The position numbers and the translations under genes were made by a program. DNA of 32,000 nucleotides from Pyrodictium occultum. GTDB taxonomy: Archaea; Thermoproteota; Thermoprotei_A; Sulfolobales; Pyrodictiaceae. This document shows positions 30,786 to 32,000 of this stretch, one piece after another. How positions within the stretch are numbered: the first letter of the stretch is position 1; each line of letters begins with the position of its first letter. The DNA lies in assembly GCF_001462395.1 (NCBI RefSeq), contig NZ_LNTB01000002.1, positions 1 through 32,000 on the forward strand, in the 5' to 3' direction. The notes under the pieces were generated by a model. It was not told where the DNA came from, did not search any database, and was given only the letters and a program-made list of their open reading frames with translations.

Positions 30786-31366
30786 TTGGCGGGAGAGGGC
30801 TACGTCCTACTACTAGGGGCCCAGAGCACGGTGGAGCTGCTCGGCCTCCGCGGGGATCCCGGGGAGCCGCTGGAGCTGTATCGTGCAGCGCTCCGCCGCG
30901 GGGGAGGACGGCTGCTGGAGAGGCTGCGCCGCGGCCTAGAGAGCGGCGCTGTGAGGAGCATAGTCTACCTCGGCGCCGACGGCGCGTTGTCGAGGCTGCT
31001 GAGCCGGGGCGTGGTGGAGGTGTATGGCGCCGTCTCTAGGCTCCGCTGCCCCCGGTGCGGGAGGAGGTGGTGGATAGACGAGGGTGAGCGCTGCCCCCGC
31101 TGCGGCGGGCCAGGCGAGCCGGACTACAGCGAGACGCCGCGCCGCAGGCAGCTGGAGGAGGCCATATACGAGCTGACCACGGCCGAGGCTGTGGCCGTCC
31201 ACGGGCTCGGCGAGCCCCCTCCAGTCCTCGGCTCGGTGCTCGCGCTCGCAGCCTCGAGGTTCACCCGGGTCAGCTCCTCGAGCCGGCACCGGCCCAGCTC
31301 AGGGGCCTGGGGCTCGAGGAGACGGGCGAGACCCTGGAGGAGCTCCTAGCAGGGCTAGCCCCCTAG
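30786..31366 (+). pseudogene. Sir2-family (sirtuin/CobB-like) homologue with substituted catalytic residues and a C-terminal frame break
   Basis: IVYLGADGALSRLLSRGVVEVYGAVSRLRCPRCG aligns without gaps to my recollection of the sirtuin consensus I-T-Q-N-V-D-x-L-H-x-x-A-G-S-x-x-V-I-x-L-H-G-S-x-x-x-x-x-C-x-x-C. Q, N and the catalytic H are replaced by L, G and Y. The second CPRCGG of the zinc ribbon is retained. From ~31259 the family-like C-terminus (VHPGQLLEPAPAQLRGLGLEETGETLEELLAGLAP) continues in the -1 frame to TAG 31364-31366. Confidence 0.55.
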
Positions 31367-32000
31367 CCCCGGGGAGCCGCGGCCCCTCTCCGGTAGACCA
31401 GGAGGCCTGCCGCCAGAACCACCGCCGCCACGGCTGCGAAGCCCAGGGTGAGCGCCGCCGGGCTCATACCCCCGGGGCTCCTGCTGCCCGTAGGGGGCGG
31501 CGCCGCTGCGCTGCCGGCTCCGGCGCTGCTGGCAGCGGCGGGCGGGGTCGCGGACGCCGTACCCGCCCCGGCTGCTGTGGCTGCGCTGCCGGTGCTCCCC
31601 CCGGCCGCTGGCGCGGTGGGGGACGTGGAGGCCATCCCTGCGGTGGTTGCTGTGGCTGTGCCCGTCGTGGTGGTCCCCGTGGGGCTTGCCGTGGCCGCCC
31701 CGGGGCCAGTGCTGCTAGACGCCTGGCCGAACTTCACCGCCGCCAGCTGCCCGGGGGAGGCGAGCCTGACCACGTAGGCCTCTGAGCCTCCAATCCTCTC
31801 CCTGGACGTGTTGACTCCCTGGGGCGCCTCCAGGGGGAGCCGGGAGACGAGGGTTATGTTCAGCCTCTCTAGGCCCAGCCGGCTCCCGAGCAACTCCGCT
31901 ACCGCGTGCACCGCCGCCTCGGCCGACTCGGCGGGGCTGGCGCCAGGCTTGTAGATGCCCAGCCCCTGCACGCGGTAAGCCACAGTCCCGTTGCCGGCCC
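31363..32000 (-). CDS. C-terminal part of a secreted/surface protein with a Thr/Ser/Ala-rich stalk and a C-terminal TM anchor (partial; open to the window edge)
   Basis: There is no stop between 31983 and 32000 in frame. The visible Asn residues are all in sequons (NGT, NIT, NTS). A low-complexity stalk (TGTTTTGTATATTAG...) is followed by ALTLGFAAVAAVVLAAGLLVYRR. Confidence 0.6.
   Translation of the reverse strand, partial: AGNGTVAYRVQGLGIYKPGASPAESAEAAVHAVAELLGSRLGLERLNITLVSRLPLEAPQGVNTSRERIGGSEAYVVRLASPGQLAAVKFGQASSSTGPGAATASPTGTTTTGTATATTAGMASTSPTAPAAGGSTGSAATAAGAGTASATPPAAASSAGAGSAAAPPPTGSRSPGGMSPAALTLGFAAVAAVVLAAGLLVYRRGAAAPRG

Overview
A gene-dense chromosomal segment of 32 kb, roughly 65% G+C by eye. 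It looks crenarchaeal and Desulfurococcales-like. The basis is a CdvB/ESCRT-III paralogue, TATA boxes 20-40 nt upstream of start codons, frequent GTG/TTG starts, Thr/Ala-rich membrane-tethered exoproteins, and ectodomains saturated with N-x-S/T sequons. No species is claimed.

Most of the window is ordinary housekeeping and transport:
- a four-gene CUT1-type sugar ABC operon on the minus strand
- thrC, trmI, pyrH and a GlmU-like sugar-1-P nucleotidylyl/acetyltransferase
- mgtE, pfpI, a universal stress protein and a DHH phosphoesterase
- an Endo IV-like TIM-barrel protein, an M20 peptidase and an HtpX-like protease
- PadR, hypA, an ArsA/Get3-type ATPase and an ESCRT-III paralogue

I saw no rRNA, tRNA, CRISPR array, transposase or integrase.

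The points most worth a second look are:
1. Four tandem minus-strand ORFs (24898-29120) together reconstruct one MMPL/RND-type transporter of about 1,400 aa. It would carry an extracellular, sequon-saturated, repeat-containing insert of about 800 aa between TM1 and TM2.
2. At least four, possibly five, ORF breaks in the window are each repaired by adding a single base in or beside a G/C-rich run. The genes are a Cas4-like nuclease, the MMPL locus (twice), a Sir2-like gene, and possibly a minimal nucleotidyltransferase. This pattern suggests assembly indels as much as biology.
3. A 381-bp tail-to-tail spacer (17711-18091) contains an orphan consensus TATA box, an AT-rich island and a perfect 12-bp GC hairpin. 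It is a candidate unannotated small RNA.
4. A Sir2-fold gene keeps its zinc ribbon but has lost the catalytic His/Asn/Gln.
5. An ArsA/Get3-type ATPase is translationally coupled to a small coiled-coil plus hydrophobic protein.

Many long ORFs in the six-frame track are GC-driven shadow frames and were rejected. All family assignments come from motif recognition by eye. No searches were run.
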